NCBI GenBank assembly: GCA_003854995.1
Contig: RQOI01000661.1
Location: 1-40,407 of the forward strand
Direction: 5' to 3'
DNA: 40,407 bases
Origin: Candidatus Zhuqueibacterota bacterium
Lineage (GTDB): Bacteria > Zhuqueibacterota > Zhuqueibacteria > Residuimicrobiales > Krinioviventaceae
Part shown: positions 16,607 through 25,109 of the stretch, one piece after another
How the letters are laid out: each line of letters opens with the position of its first letter
Position numbering within the stretch: the stretch's first letter is position 1
The notes under the pieces: generated by a model
Database searches by the model: none
The model's input: only the letters and a program-made list of their open reading frames with translations
What the model was told of the DNA's origin: nothing
Translations under genes and position numbers: made by a program

Positions 16607-19234
16607 TCATTCGTCCTGTCTATTGGCCATCTGCTTGAGGAGATCCAGTTTATTGAGCGCTTGCATTGGCGTCAGCTCATCCGGATTGATCTCCTCCAGT
16701 TCGCGTCGCAGAGATCGCTCCATCTCGTCAAATAGACTCATCTGCTGCGCCGGTTCCTTGATCCTGGTGTGATGTTGCGCGATTGTCGGCTCATCTTCTT
16801 CGTCAAAAGCCTGTCGCTCGAGATTTTGCAGGACCTCTTTGGCGCGTTCGATCACCGCGCTCGGCAAGCCAGCCAGTTTGGCGACCTGTATGCCGTAGCT
16901 GTGATCGCAGGCGCCCGGGACAATCTTTCGCAAAAATACTATATGATCGCCCCATTCGCGGACAGCGACATTGTAGTTTCTTACACGCGGCAAGACGAGT
17001 TCTAGTTCCGTCAATTCATGATAGTGTGTTGCGAAAATTGTCTTTGCCGCGAGCCTGGGCGTGTTATGAATATACTCGGTCACTGACCAGGCGATGGAGA
17101 GCCCGTCAAAGGTGCTCGTGCCGCGACCGATTTCATCCAGCAGGATGAGGCTCTTTGCCGTGGCATTGTTCAGAATGTTGGCGGTCTCGTTCATTTCGGT
17201 GAGAAAAGTGCTCTCGCCGGCCGCGAGATTGTCCGAAGCGCCCACGCGCGTGAAGACGCGATCGACGAGGCCGATGGCCGCTGCTCTGGCCGGAACAAAG
17301 CTGCCCATCTGCGCCATGATGACAATGAGCCCGACCTGACGAAGAAAGGTGGATTTGCCCGCCATGTTGGGCCCGGTGATGATGTGGAGTTGTTCAATTC
17401 TATTATCCAGTTTCACATCATTGGCGACGAACTGCTCTCCCGGCGGCAATAATTTTTCGACGACAGGATGACGACCCTCTTTGATCTCAATGATATGGCT
17501 TTCATTCATGGTTGGCATGACATAGTTATTTTCGATCGCCACATGCGCCATTGCGGCGAGACAATCGCATTCAGCCAGCAGACGCGCGTCATGCTGCAGT
17601 TGGTTCGTATGGCTCAGAATAGTCTGCCGTAATTCGTTGAACAGCTCATATTCTATGGACGCCATCTTTTCCTCTGCCCCGAGAATTTTCTCTTCGTACT
17701 CTTTCAGGTCTTGCGTGATAAATCGCTCGGCATTGACGAGCGTCTGTTTGCGGATATAGTGTTTGGGCACTTTGGATAAATTGGGCTTGGTGATTTCAAT
17801 GTAATAGCCAAACACTTTGTTGAAATGAACTTTTAGCGAGGAAATGCCGGTTTTTTCGCGCTCGAGTTTCTGCAGGCGCGCGATCCAGTCTTTGCCGGAA
17901 TAGGCGATATCGCGCAGCTTGTCGAGCTCCTCGTTGTAATCGCGTCGGATGATGCCGCCGTCCGTGATCGACAACGGCGGATTCTCCACAATGGCGCGCG
18001 CGATCTGTTCCGCCAGCTCGACGATTGGATCGAGTCCGGCGTGAATGGATTGCAGTCGCTCCGAGCTGCTGTTTTCAAGCAGGTCCTGTACTTTGCGGAT
18101 GGTCACCAGCGCCATCTGAATGGCCTGGGCGTCCCTGGCGTTGGCCCGGCCGGTGGCAAATTTGGCCAGCAGGCGTTCCACGTCGCCCGTCTGCCGGATG
18201 GCCTCTCTGATGGTGATGCGTCGCTCGCTGCGATCCAGAAATTCCTGCACGGCCTGATGGCGGGCCTGGATCACACCCAGCTTGTAGAGAGGATAGAGCA
18301 GCCAGTTGACAAAAAGTCGCCCTCCCATCGGTGTCAGCGTCCTGTCGAGGATGCTCAGCACTGTCCCCCCCCTGTTTGTGCTCATCAGGGGCTGCACGAG
18401 CTCCAAATTACGGCGCGTGGTGCTGTCGATCTGCATGAACTCGTCGTCAGCAAAGCGGCCGAGGCTATTGACATGCACTAGCCTTTCACGCTGATTTTCC
18501 CTCACATAGGCCAGTATAGCGCCCGCCGCCGAAATGCCACAGGTCAAATCGTCGATGCCAAAGCCCTTCAGCGACAGGGCGCCGAAATGCTCTTTAATTT
18601 GATCGCTCGCATAATCATAATGAAAAGTCCAGTCCTCGCGGCGAGTCATGGTGACGCCATGCCGGTTTTTATAAAAGCGGGCCAGCTGTTCCTGCTGCTT
18701 TTCCGCGTACAAAATTTCGGACGGGCCGATGCTGACAATTTTTTCAGCCAGCGCGGTCAGATTGAATTCGCCTGTTTTGAACTCGCCGGTCGACACATCA
18801 ATCTGGGCAATGCCGACATGCTGGGCATTGAAATAGAGGGCGATGAGAAAGTTGTTCTTTTTGGTCTCCAGCAGATCGTCGGTGACCGCAGTCCCCGGCG
18901 TGACGATTTCAGTCACATCGCGTTTGACGATTCCTTTTGCCTGCCGTGGATCTTCCATCTGTTCGCATATCGCGACTCGGTATCCGGCTTTGATGAACTT
19001 GGCCAGATAGCTGTCGAGGGCATGATGGGGAAATCCGGCGAGCGGCACATCAGCGGACGTGCCGTGCGCGCGCGACGTCAAGGTGATGCCCAGGACCTCA
19101 GAACCTGTTTTGGCGTCCTCAAAAAACATCTCATAAAAATCGCCCATTCGGAAAAAGAGGATGGCATCTTTATGTTCAGCTTTGATGGCCAGATATTGTT
19201 CCATCAGAGGTGTTGTCACCTGCCCCAAAGTCAC
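16607..19234 (-). CDS. mutS: DNA mismatch repair protein MutS
   Basis: Has TPLMEQYLAIK, FYEMFFEDA and Walker A ITGPNMAGKST, plus DEIGRGTSTFDG. The track ORF starts at TTG 19282, 52 nt inside nadK. The in-frame GTG at 19234 forms a GTGA overlap with the nadK stop, and I prefer it. Confidence 0.93.
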   Translation of the reverse strand: MTLGQVTTPLMEQYLAIKAEHKDAILFFRMGDFYEMFFEDAKTGSEVLGITLTSRAHGTSADVPLAGFPHHALDSYLAKFIKAGYRVAICEQMEDPRQAKGIVKRDVTEIVTPGTAVTDDLLETKKNNFLIALYFNAQHVGIAQIDVSTGEFKTGEFNLTALAEKIVSIGPSEILYAEKQQEQLARFYKNRHGVTMTRREDWTFHYDYASDQIKEHFGALSLKGFGIDDLTCGISAAGAILAYVRENQRERLVHVNSLGRFADDEFMQIDSTTRRNLELVQPLMSTNRGGTVLSILDRTLTPMGGRLFVNWLLYPLYKLGVIQARHQAVQEFLDRSERRITIREAIRQTGDVERLLAKFATGRANARDAQAIQMALVTIRKVQDLLENSSSERLQSIHAGLDPIVELAEQIARAIVENPPLSITDGGIIRRDYNEELDKLRDIAYSGKDWIARLQKLEREKTGISSLKVHFNKVFGYYIEITKPNLSKVPKHYIRKQTLVNAERFITQDLKEYEEKILGAEEKMASIEYELFNELRQTILSHTNQLQHDARLLAECDCLAAMAHVAIENNYVMPTMNESHIIEIKEGRHPVVEKLLPPGEQFVANDVKLDNRIEQLHIITGPNMAGKSTFLRQVGLIVIMAQMGSFVPARAAAIGLVDRVFTRVGASDNLAAGESTFLTEMNETANILNNATAKSLILLDEIGRGTSTFDGLSIAWSVTEYIHNTPRLAAKTIFATHYHELTELELVLPRVRNYNVAVREWGDHIVFLRKIVPGACDHSYGIQVAKLAGLPSAVIERAKEVLQNLERQAFDEEDEPTIAQHHTRIKEPAQQMSLFDEMERSLRRELEEINPDELTPMQALNKLDLLKQMANRQDE

Positions 19235-20121
19235 GACCTCTTTGCTCTTCCGACTCTGACGCCATCGTGATCTGCGCCCCAATTCAACTTGGTTCGCAGC
19301 GTATGAAAAAACTCGCTCTGTCCGATCGATATCCAGCGCAAGTTATAGTCCGCCTTGGCAATATGCACGGTCTCGTTGAAGAAAAGCTTGTCGCGATTTT
19401 GTCCGTCGATATTCACCTGCACGGGCTCGGCCTCTTTTCTGATTGACAATTCAATCGAACAGTCATCTGCCAAAACAATCGGCCGCACAGTGAGTGAGTG
19501 CGGACAGATGGGAGTCACGATGAAAGCATGCAAATCCGGCACAGCCAGCGGGCCGCCGGCAGACATGGAGTAGGCTGTTGATCCAGTCGGAGTGGCGATG
19601 ATCAATCCGTCGGCGCGATAGGAATTGAGAAAAACGCCGTTCACTCGCGCATCGATGAAGATCAGACGGGAGCCGAGCCCTCGGTCAAGCACCACATCAT
19701 TCAAGGCAAAATAGGTCTTGCGCACACCGTTGCGATCGATGGCGACTTGAAAGACCATCCGCTCGACAATGGAATAATTTTCGTCGACGAGATCCGCAAC
19801 AGTGGTCGCCAGTTCCTCGACCGTGACTTGCGCGAGAAAGCCGAGCGTACCGATGTTGACGCCCATGATGGGAACACCGGTTGCTCCGACATGCTGAGCC
19901 GTTGAGAGAATGGTGCCATCGCCGCCAAAAGTAACGACGACTGTGCAGCGGTTGCCGATGTCGCTGAGCGGCGCTGTCTCCTGATCGGTCAGGGAGAGGT
20001 AATGATGCAGATTTTCCGCATAGACGCAGGGGATGTGCCTCTCTGTCAACAACCTGACGAAGCTGCTGATGACCGAGAATGCTTCTGGTTTGTTGATGTT
20101 GGCGATGATACCAATTTTCAT
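19231..20121 (-). CDS. nadK: NAD+ kinase
   Basis: Has VVTFGGDGTILS, NIGTLGFL and ADGLIIATPTGSTAYSMSAGGP. ATGA overlap with the dxs stop. Confidence 0.92.
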   Translation of the reverse strand: MKIGIIANINKPEAFSVISSFVRLLTERHIPCVYAENLHHYLSLTDQETAPLSDIGNRCTVVVTFGGDGTILSTAQHVGATGVPIMGVNIGTLGFLAQVTVEELATTVADLVDENYSIVERMVFQVAIDRNGVRKTYFALNDVVLDRGLGSRLIFIDARVNGVFLNSYRADGLIIATPTGSTAYSMSAGGPLAVPDLHAFIVTPICPHSLTVRPIVLADDCSIELSIRKEAEPVQVNIDGQNRDKLFFNETVHIAKADYNLRWISIGQSEFFHTLRTKLNWGADHDGVRVGRAKRS

Positions 20122-22073
20122 GATGCCTTGGAGTGTTTGTATATATCCGTCATCTGCACTGGCAGACTCTGAAAATAACGCGAGCGGTAGACCTTTTGCA
20201 GAATGCCGTTGCGCGACAGGCCGCAGAGCTCATGCAAGATGTCGGGTGCACCATGTTCGACAAATGCATCAGGGATCCCGAGACAGTGCAATTCGACCTG
20301 CTGAAAATTTTTCTCCTTGAAAAACTCGGCCACGTGACTGCCGAAGCCACCCCGCACTGTTCCCTCTTCAATGGTCAGAACAAGCGCATGACTTTGGCCG
20401 ACTCGCGTCAGCATCTCAAGATCCACGGGTTTGGCAAACCGGGCATTGATGACGCTGATATGCAGGCCATATTTTTCTCGCAACACCGCAGCGGCCTCGA
20501 GCGCCTGCTGCAGCAGCGGGCCAAGAGAGATGATCGCGATGTCGCGGCCGTCCTGCACGACTTTGGAGACGCCTATTGGAAATTTTTCAAACTGATCGGA
20601 GAGCGCAACGCCCTGCCCAAGTCCGCGCGGATAACGAATGGCGATCGGGCCATCTCTGTGTTGCAGGGCTGTGTACAACATGTGCCGCAACTCTTCCTCA
20701 TCTTTTGGCGCCATGATCGTCATGTTGGGAATCGCGCGCAAAAAGGCAATGTCAAAGGCGCCGTGATGCGTCGCGCCGTCATCGCCCACCAGACCGGCCC
20801 GATCGACAGCAAAAATGACCGGCAGTTTTTGCAGCGCGACATCGTGGATGATCATATCGTACGCCCGCTGGAGAAAAGTCGAATAGATCGCGCACACCGG
20901 CTTTAAACCCTGCGATGCCAATCCGGCGGCGAAGGAGACGGCATGCCCCTCTGCAATGCCAACGTCAAAAAAGCGATCCGGAAACCGCTCAGCGAATCGA
21001 GCCAGGCCTGTGCCCAGCTGCATGGCAGCGGTGATCGCGACGACAGATTTATCCCTTTCCGCCAGCTCAATGATGGATCGTCCGAATACCTGCGTATAGG
21101 ATGGCGCACCCTCTTTTTTGAGGGGCGTGCCGGTCATGCGATCAAATTTGCCAAGACCATGAAATATGGACGCATTTTTTTCCGCCGGTTCGTAACCCTT
21201 GCCCTTTTTGGTCAATAGATGCACCAGCACTGGCCCCTTGAACTTTTTGACTTCCCGAAAGAGATGAATGAGGCTGGCGATATTATGTCCATCCACAGGC
21301 CCCAGGTAGCGAAAACCGAGACGCTCGAACAGGACGCCCGGCGTGATGAATGCCTTGACGCCTTCTTCAACCCGACGAACGACCCGACGTATCAATGGCC
21401 CCATGCCATCCATTTTGCCGGTCATATCCCAAACATCTTCCTTGATGCGATTATAAAGCGGATTCGCGATGATGCTGGTCAAGTATTTCGACATGGCGCC
21501 CACATTGGGAGATATGGACATGCTGTTGTCGTTCAGAATGACGACAATGTCCCGGCCTGATGCTCCCGCGTTATTCAATCCCTCATAGGCCAGGCCACCG
21601 GTGAGCGCGCCATCGCCGATAACGCTGATCACTTTGTAATCCTCACTGTTCAAATCGCGCGCGCAAGCGATGCCGAGGGCGCTGGAAATCGACGTGCTGG
21701 CGTGGCCGACGCCGAACGAGTCATATTCACTTTCCGACATGCTGGGGAAACCACTCAAGCCCTTGTACTGACGAATGGTCGGAAACCGATCACGCCGCCC
21801 GGTGATGATTTTGTGCGCATAAGTTTGATGCCCAACATCCCAGACGATCTTGTCCCGCGGCGTGTCGAAGAGATAATGCAGCACAATGGTCAGCTCGATG
21901 ACGCCCAGAGAGGGCGCCAGATGGCCACCCGTGTTGGCGACAGTGGCAATGATGTATTCCCGCAGCTCCTTGGCGAGACGCGCCAGCTTTGGCACGTCAA
22001 AAGCACGAAAGTCAGCAGGAGAATTGACTTGAGACAAAAGGCTGTCCACACTGTTCTTCAAGGAATCACTCAA
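20118..22073 (-). CDS. dxs: 1-deoxy-D-xylulose-5-phosphate synthase
   Basis: Has GGHLAPSLGVIELT, VGHASTSISSALG and the ThDP motif GDGALTGGLAYEGLNNA, plus a transketolase-like C-terminal half. The TTG start at 22073 overlaps the xseB stop (TTGA). Confidence 0.95.
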   Translation of the reverse strand: MSDSLKNSVDSLLSQVNSPADFRAFDVPKLARLAKELREYIIATVANTGGHLAPSLGVIELTIVLHYLFDTPRDKIVWDVGHQTYAHKIITGRRDRFPTIRQYKGLSGFPSMSESEYDSFGVGHASTSISSALGIACARDLNSEDYKVISVIGDGALTGGLAYEGLNNAGASGRDIVVILNDNSMSISPNVGAMSKYLTSIIANPLYNRIKEDVWDMTGKMDGMGPLIRRVVRRVEEGVKAFITPGVLFERLGFRYLGPVDGHNIASLIHLFREVKKFKGPVLVHLLTKKGKGYEPAEKNASIFHGLGKFDRMTGTPLKKEGAPSYTQVFGRSIIELAERDKSVVAITAAMQLGTGLARFAERFPDRFFDVGIAEGHAVSFAAGLASQGLKPVCAIYSTFLQRAYDMIIHDVALQKLPVIFAVDRAGLVGDDGATHHGAFDIAFLRAIPNMTIMAPKDEEELRHMLYTALQHRDGPIAIRYPRGLGQGVALSDQFEKFPIGVSKVVQDGRDIAIISLGPLLQQALEAAAVLREKYGLHISVINARFAKPVDLEMLTRVGQSHALVLTIEEGTVRGGFGSHVAEFFKEKNFQQVELHCLGIPDAFVEHGAPDILHELCGLSRNGILQKVYRSRYFQSLPVQMTDIYKHSKAS

Positions 22074-22291
22074 TTCTCTTCATCCATGAGTTTAAATCCG
22101 TCGTCTCGAATCAGTATCTGCAGTTTTTTCTCCGCCGCATCCAATTTTTCCGAGCAGAAGGTTGTCAGGCGGCTGGCTTCTTCAAAGAGAGCCATTGTCC
22201 GTTCCAGATCCGCTTCGCCGTTCTCCAGCAGGTCGGCTATTTCTTCCAGCCTGGCAAAGGCGGCTTCGAAAGTCAAATCTTTAGTTTTCAT
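22070..22291 (-). CDS. xseB: exodeoxyribonuclease VII small subunit
   Basis: Has FEAAFARLEEIADLLENGEADLE, typical of XseB. The track start at 22318 lies 31 nt inside xseA. The in-frame ATG at 22291 gives a 73-aa protein and an ATGA overlap with the xseA stop. Confidence 0.85.
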   Translation of the reverse strand: MKTKDLTFEAAFARLEEIADLLENGEADLERTMALFEEASRLTTFCSEKLDAAEKKLQILIRDDGFKLMDEEN

Positions 22292-23544
22292 CGCTTTTCC
22301 GTCCCTGCAGCTGAGCACGCGAACGAGTCATCCTCTCGAATGGTCTCAGCTGTGCTGGTGAAAGAGCCTTTGCCCAAATAGACATTCAATTTCTCATTTT
22401 GTTCGAGTTCGGCTGCATTTCTGACGATCTTGTGCGTGCGATCCTTGCTGACAATAGCATAGCCGCGCTGCAAGATGGTCCTGGGATGTGCGGCCTTGAT
22501 CCTCTTATCGCAGGCGCTCAGTTTTTCTCTATTTTTCGACAGGGAATGGTGCGCGCTCATCTGTATGAGATGAAATCGATCATCGATCCCCTGTTTGTAT
22601 TCAAGGATCAGATCCAGCGGCCGCCGAAATGCATAACTCTTTTGCAGTCGAGCCAATTTCTCGCGCCGCAGCGTGATATGGGTCGGCAGGCTGGTGCGAC
22701 ATCGCCGGTGCAATCGATGGATCGTCTTTTTCAGATCCGAGGCGACGGGCACGACGAGCTCTGCCGCTGCTGAAGGTGTGGGCGCGCGTCTGTCAGCGAC
22801 AAAATCGCTGATGGTGTAATCAATTTCATGACCAACAGCGGAGATGGTCGGAATAGTTGAAGAAAAGATCGCTCGTGCAACCTTTTCTTCGTTGAACGCC
22901 CACAGGTCTTGCAGCGATCCGCCACCGCGACCAATGATCAGCACATCGACGTTTTGATAGTCGTTGAAATCCTGAATAGCACGTGCGATATCTTCTGCCG
23001 CACCCTCACCCTGAACCAGCGTTGGCCGCAGGATCTTCACCACTGCCGGAAATCTCCGGTTGAGAACCTGCAGGATATCCCTGATGGCGGCGCCGGTCAA
23101 TGAGGTCACAATGCCTATTCGTTCCGGAAATTCGGGCAAGAGCTTTTTTCGCGACACATCGAACAAGCCTTCTTTGTAGAGCTTTTCCTTCAAAGCTTCA
23201 TACATCAGCTGCAGGTCGCCGATGCCGGCTGGCGCCATCCTGATGACATCCAGTTGATAGGCGCCCCGCTTTTCGTAGACGCGGACAGAACCAAAAACAT
23301 TGATTTTCATGCCGTTCTGTGGCGTAAAAGTTAAGCCGAGCGTTCGGCTCCGCCACATGACGCAGGCGATCTGAGCATCCTTGTCTTTGAGAGAAAAGTA
23401 AAAGTGCCCGGAGCTGTGATGAACAAAACCGGATAGTTCGCCTTGCACCCAGATCGCTGGCATATTCAACTCGAGCAGCTCTTTAACTGCCCGCGTTATT
23501 TCAGAAACAGTGTATAAATGAATGTTTTCAGCAGAATCAGGCAT
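22288..23544 (-). CDS. xseA: exodeoxyribonuclease VII large subunit
   Basis: Has the N-terminal OB-fold region (VSEITRAVKELLE...WVQGELS) and IIGRGGGSLQDLWAFNEE. 418 aa. Confidence 0.92.
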   Translation of the reverse strand: MPDSAENIHLYTVSEITRAVKELLELNMPAIWVQGELSGFVHHSSGHFYFSLKDKDAQIACVMWRSRTLGLTFTPQNGMKINVFGSVRVYEKRGAYQLDVIRMAPAGIGDLQLMYEALKEKLYKEGLFDVSRKKLLPEFPERIGIVTSLTGAAIRDILQVLNRRFPAVVKILRPTLVQGEGAAEDIARAIQDFNDYQNVDVLIIGRGGGSLQDLWAFNEEKVARAIFSSTIPTISAVGHEIDYTISDFVADRRAPTPSAAAELVVPVASDLKKTIHRLHRRCRTSLPTHITLRREKLARLQKSYAFRRPLDLILEYKQGIDDRFHLIQMSAHHSLSKNREKLSACDKRIKAAHPRTILQRGYAIVSKDRTHKIVRNAAELEQNEKLNVYLGKGSFTSTAETIREDDSFACSAAGTEKR

Positions 23545-23565
23545 GCGTCAGTGTCGCTGTTACAG

Positions 23566-23596
23566 CTAAAAGGGTCAGGCGAAAACCTTGACCCTT
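23566..23596 (-). terminator. rho-independent terminator after the mini-ORF
   Basis: The minus strand reads GGGUCA(A)GG-UUUUCG-CCUGACCC followed by UUUU. This is an 8-bp GC-rich stem with one bulged A. It starts 5 nt after the TAG at 23601-23603. Confidence 0.6.
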
Positions 23597-23600
23597 TCAA

Positions 23601-23696
23601 CTATTTGTTCTTTTTCTTATGACGGTCCTTGCGAAGTCTCTTTTTCCGTTTATGAGTCGCTATTTTGTGCCGTTTTCGTTTTTTTCCGCTTGGCAA
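23601..23696 (-). CDS. 31-aa ultra-basic protein, bS22 / mS38 (AURKAIP1-COX24)-like small ribosomal protein candidate
   Basis: Not in the ORF track because it is too short. TTG start at 23696, 6 nt after GGAGG (23703-23707). Translation is MPSGKKRKRHKIATHKRKKRLRKDRHKKKNK, then TAG, followed by a terminator. 21 of 31 residues are K/R/H. The KKRKRHK..HKRKKRLRK pattern resembles bS22/mS38 peptides as I recall them. Confidence 0.6.
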   Translation of the reverse strand: MPSGKKRKRHKIATHKRKKRLRKDRHKKKNK

Positions 23697-23706
23697 TTTT
23701 CACCTC

Positions 23707-24006
23707 CTACTTGTCACCATCGACTTTATGATCTCTATTTATAAACTCTTTCAAGTCTTTTGACGGCTTGAAGACGGCCGCAAGATGCGCGGGCACGTGC
23801 ACAGCTTGATTGGTGCTGGGATTCCGGGCTGTTCGCGCTTGCCGTCGCACGACTTTAAAATTTCCAAATCCGCGTAAATCGACGCGCTCACCCTGTTGCA
23901 GCGCATAGCTGATCGTGGCGAGAAATCCATCGACAACCGCTTGTGTCTCAACCTTTGTGAGACCTGTTCCCTGCGAAATCACATCGACTAAATCTGCCTT
24001 TGTCAT
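23707..24006 (-). CDS. hup: HU-family nucleoid protein
   Basis: Has MTKADLVDVIS, GFGNFKVVRRQARTARNPSTNQAVHVPA. 99 aa. Confidence 0.9.
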   Translation of the reverse strand: MTKADLVDVISQGTGLTKVETQAVVDGFLATISYALQQGERVDLRGFGNFKVVRRQARTARNPSTNQAVHVPAHLAAVFKPSKDLKEFINRDHKVDGDK

Positions 24007-24019
24007 GAACGATCCTCTG

Positions 24020-24913
24020 TTAGAATGACATGAGATATTGAATTCGCGGCCAAGCGCTGAAATAGGTCTCGATAAATTCTTTCAAATCAAATTCAAAAAG
24101 CAGCTCAAACATTGTCGTCTTTTTCCGTGGCTGCCGAACCAGCCTCGGTTCGCCGTCAATTCCCGCCACATCAGCTGCCAGTTGTATGGCGTCTTCAAAT
24201 GTCCCGAGCGAATCAATCAGAGACAGCTCATACGCCTGCCGGCCGGAATAGACACGTCCATCTGCCAGGCGGCGCACCTCTTCTTTCAGCAGGCCGCGCT
24301 CATCCGCCACTGCCGTGATGAACTGGTCATAGCCGTCATCAATCCAGGCCTGCAGATACTCCCGATCCGCCGGCGTGATGTCGCGATATGGATTGCCAGT
24401 GTCTTTGTACTGACCGCTTTTGATCGTGGTCACCTGAATGCCGATCTTTTCCATCAGTTTGCTGTAATTCGGAAATTCGGCAAGCACACCGATGCTGCCC
24501 GTCGTGGTCGCCGGATTGGCCATGATCGAATCCGCGCCAAGCGCAACGTAATAACCGCCCGACGCCGCCACGCTGCCCATGGAAGCGACGACCGGCTTGC
24601 CTGAATCGCGAACGCGGCGAACCTGTTCGTAAATCTCCTGTGAAGCGGCGACGCCGCCGCCAGGACTGTTGATGCGAAAGACAATCGCTTTGATGCTCTT
24701 GTCCTTTTCATAACGCTTGAATTGAGCGACAACCTCGCGCGACGAGGCGATGATGCCGTTCAATTCAACGACCGCCACTTTATCGCCCACGCCGTCGATT
24801 TCCATGCCCGACATCGAACCGACGCTGAAGAACACGAGGAGCAGTATGCCGATAAAAATGACAAAAGCGCCGAGGATAAAGAGACCCAGAATTTTATCCT
24901 GCTTTTTTGCCAT
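24020..24913 (-). CDS. sppA: signal peptide peptidase SppA, 36K type (S49)
   Basis: N-terminal TM segment, then INSPGGGVAAS, and MGSVAASGGYYVALGAD (Ser nucleophile context). 297 aa. Confidence 0.9.
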   Translation of the reverse strand: MAKKQDKILGLFILGAFVIFIGILLLVFFSVGSMSGMEIDGVGDKVAVVELNGIIASSREVVAQFKRYEKDKSIKAIVFRINSPGGGVAASQEIYEQVRRVRDSGKPVVASMGSVAASGGYYVALGADSIMANPATTTGSIGVLAEFPNYSKLMEKIGIQVTTIKSGQYKDTGNPYRDITPADREYLQAWIDDGYDQFITAVADERGLLKEEVRRLADGRVYSGRQAYELSLIDSLGTFEDAIQLAADVAGIDGEPRLVRQPRKKTTMFELLFEFDLKEFIETYFSAWPRIQYLMSF

Positions 24914-24980
24914 ACGGCATCCTCATAATATTTCTCATGTTAAGCCAATAAAAAATAGATGCTCGCAAAAACTAGATATA

Positions 24981-25009
24981 ATATTAGCTAAAAATGTTGC
25001 CAAATGCAA
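24981..25009 (-). promoter_or_regulatory. candidate sigma70-type promoter upstream of sppA
   Basis: The minus strand reads TTGCAT (25009-25004), a 17-nt spacer, then TAATAT (24986-24981). It lies in an AT-rich 196-nt gap, with a leader of about 60 nt ending in GAGGA-N6-ATG. Sequence match only. Confidence 0.45.
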
Positions 25010-25109
25010 GGTAAAATTTCTGTTTATGCTTGAGTTACCAGCGATAGCCGGCGCACTGCTGCATTCCAGGCTGAGGTGACGGGATCGCCACCCCGCATGC
25101 GAGCATTTC

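Noticed and set aside
25073-25092. A shared motif, GAGGTGACGG...TCGCCACC, occurs at 25073-25092 (a hairpin after the SSF stop) and at 37334-37376 (the arms of SL-B). This could suggest a REP-like repeated hairpin family.
   Set aside because: The match is only a 10-mer plus an 8-mer. The 10-mer AGGTGACGGG also occurs inside dnaB (reverse complement of 11140-11149), so chance recurrence of this GC-rich word cannot be excluded. A whole-genome count would be needed.
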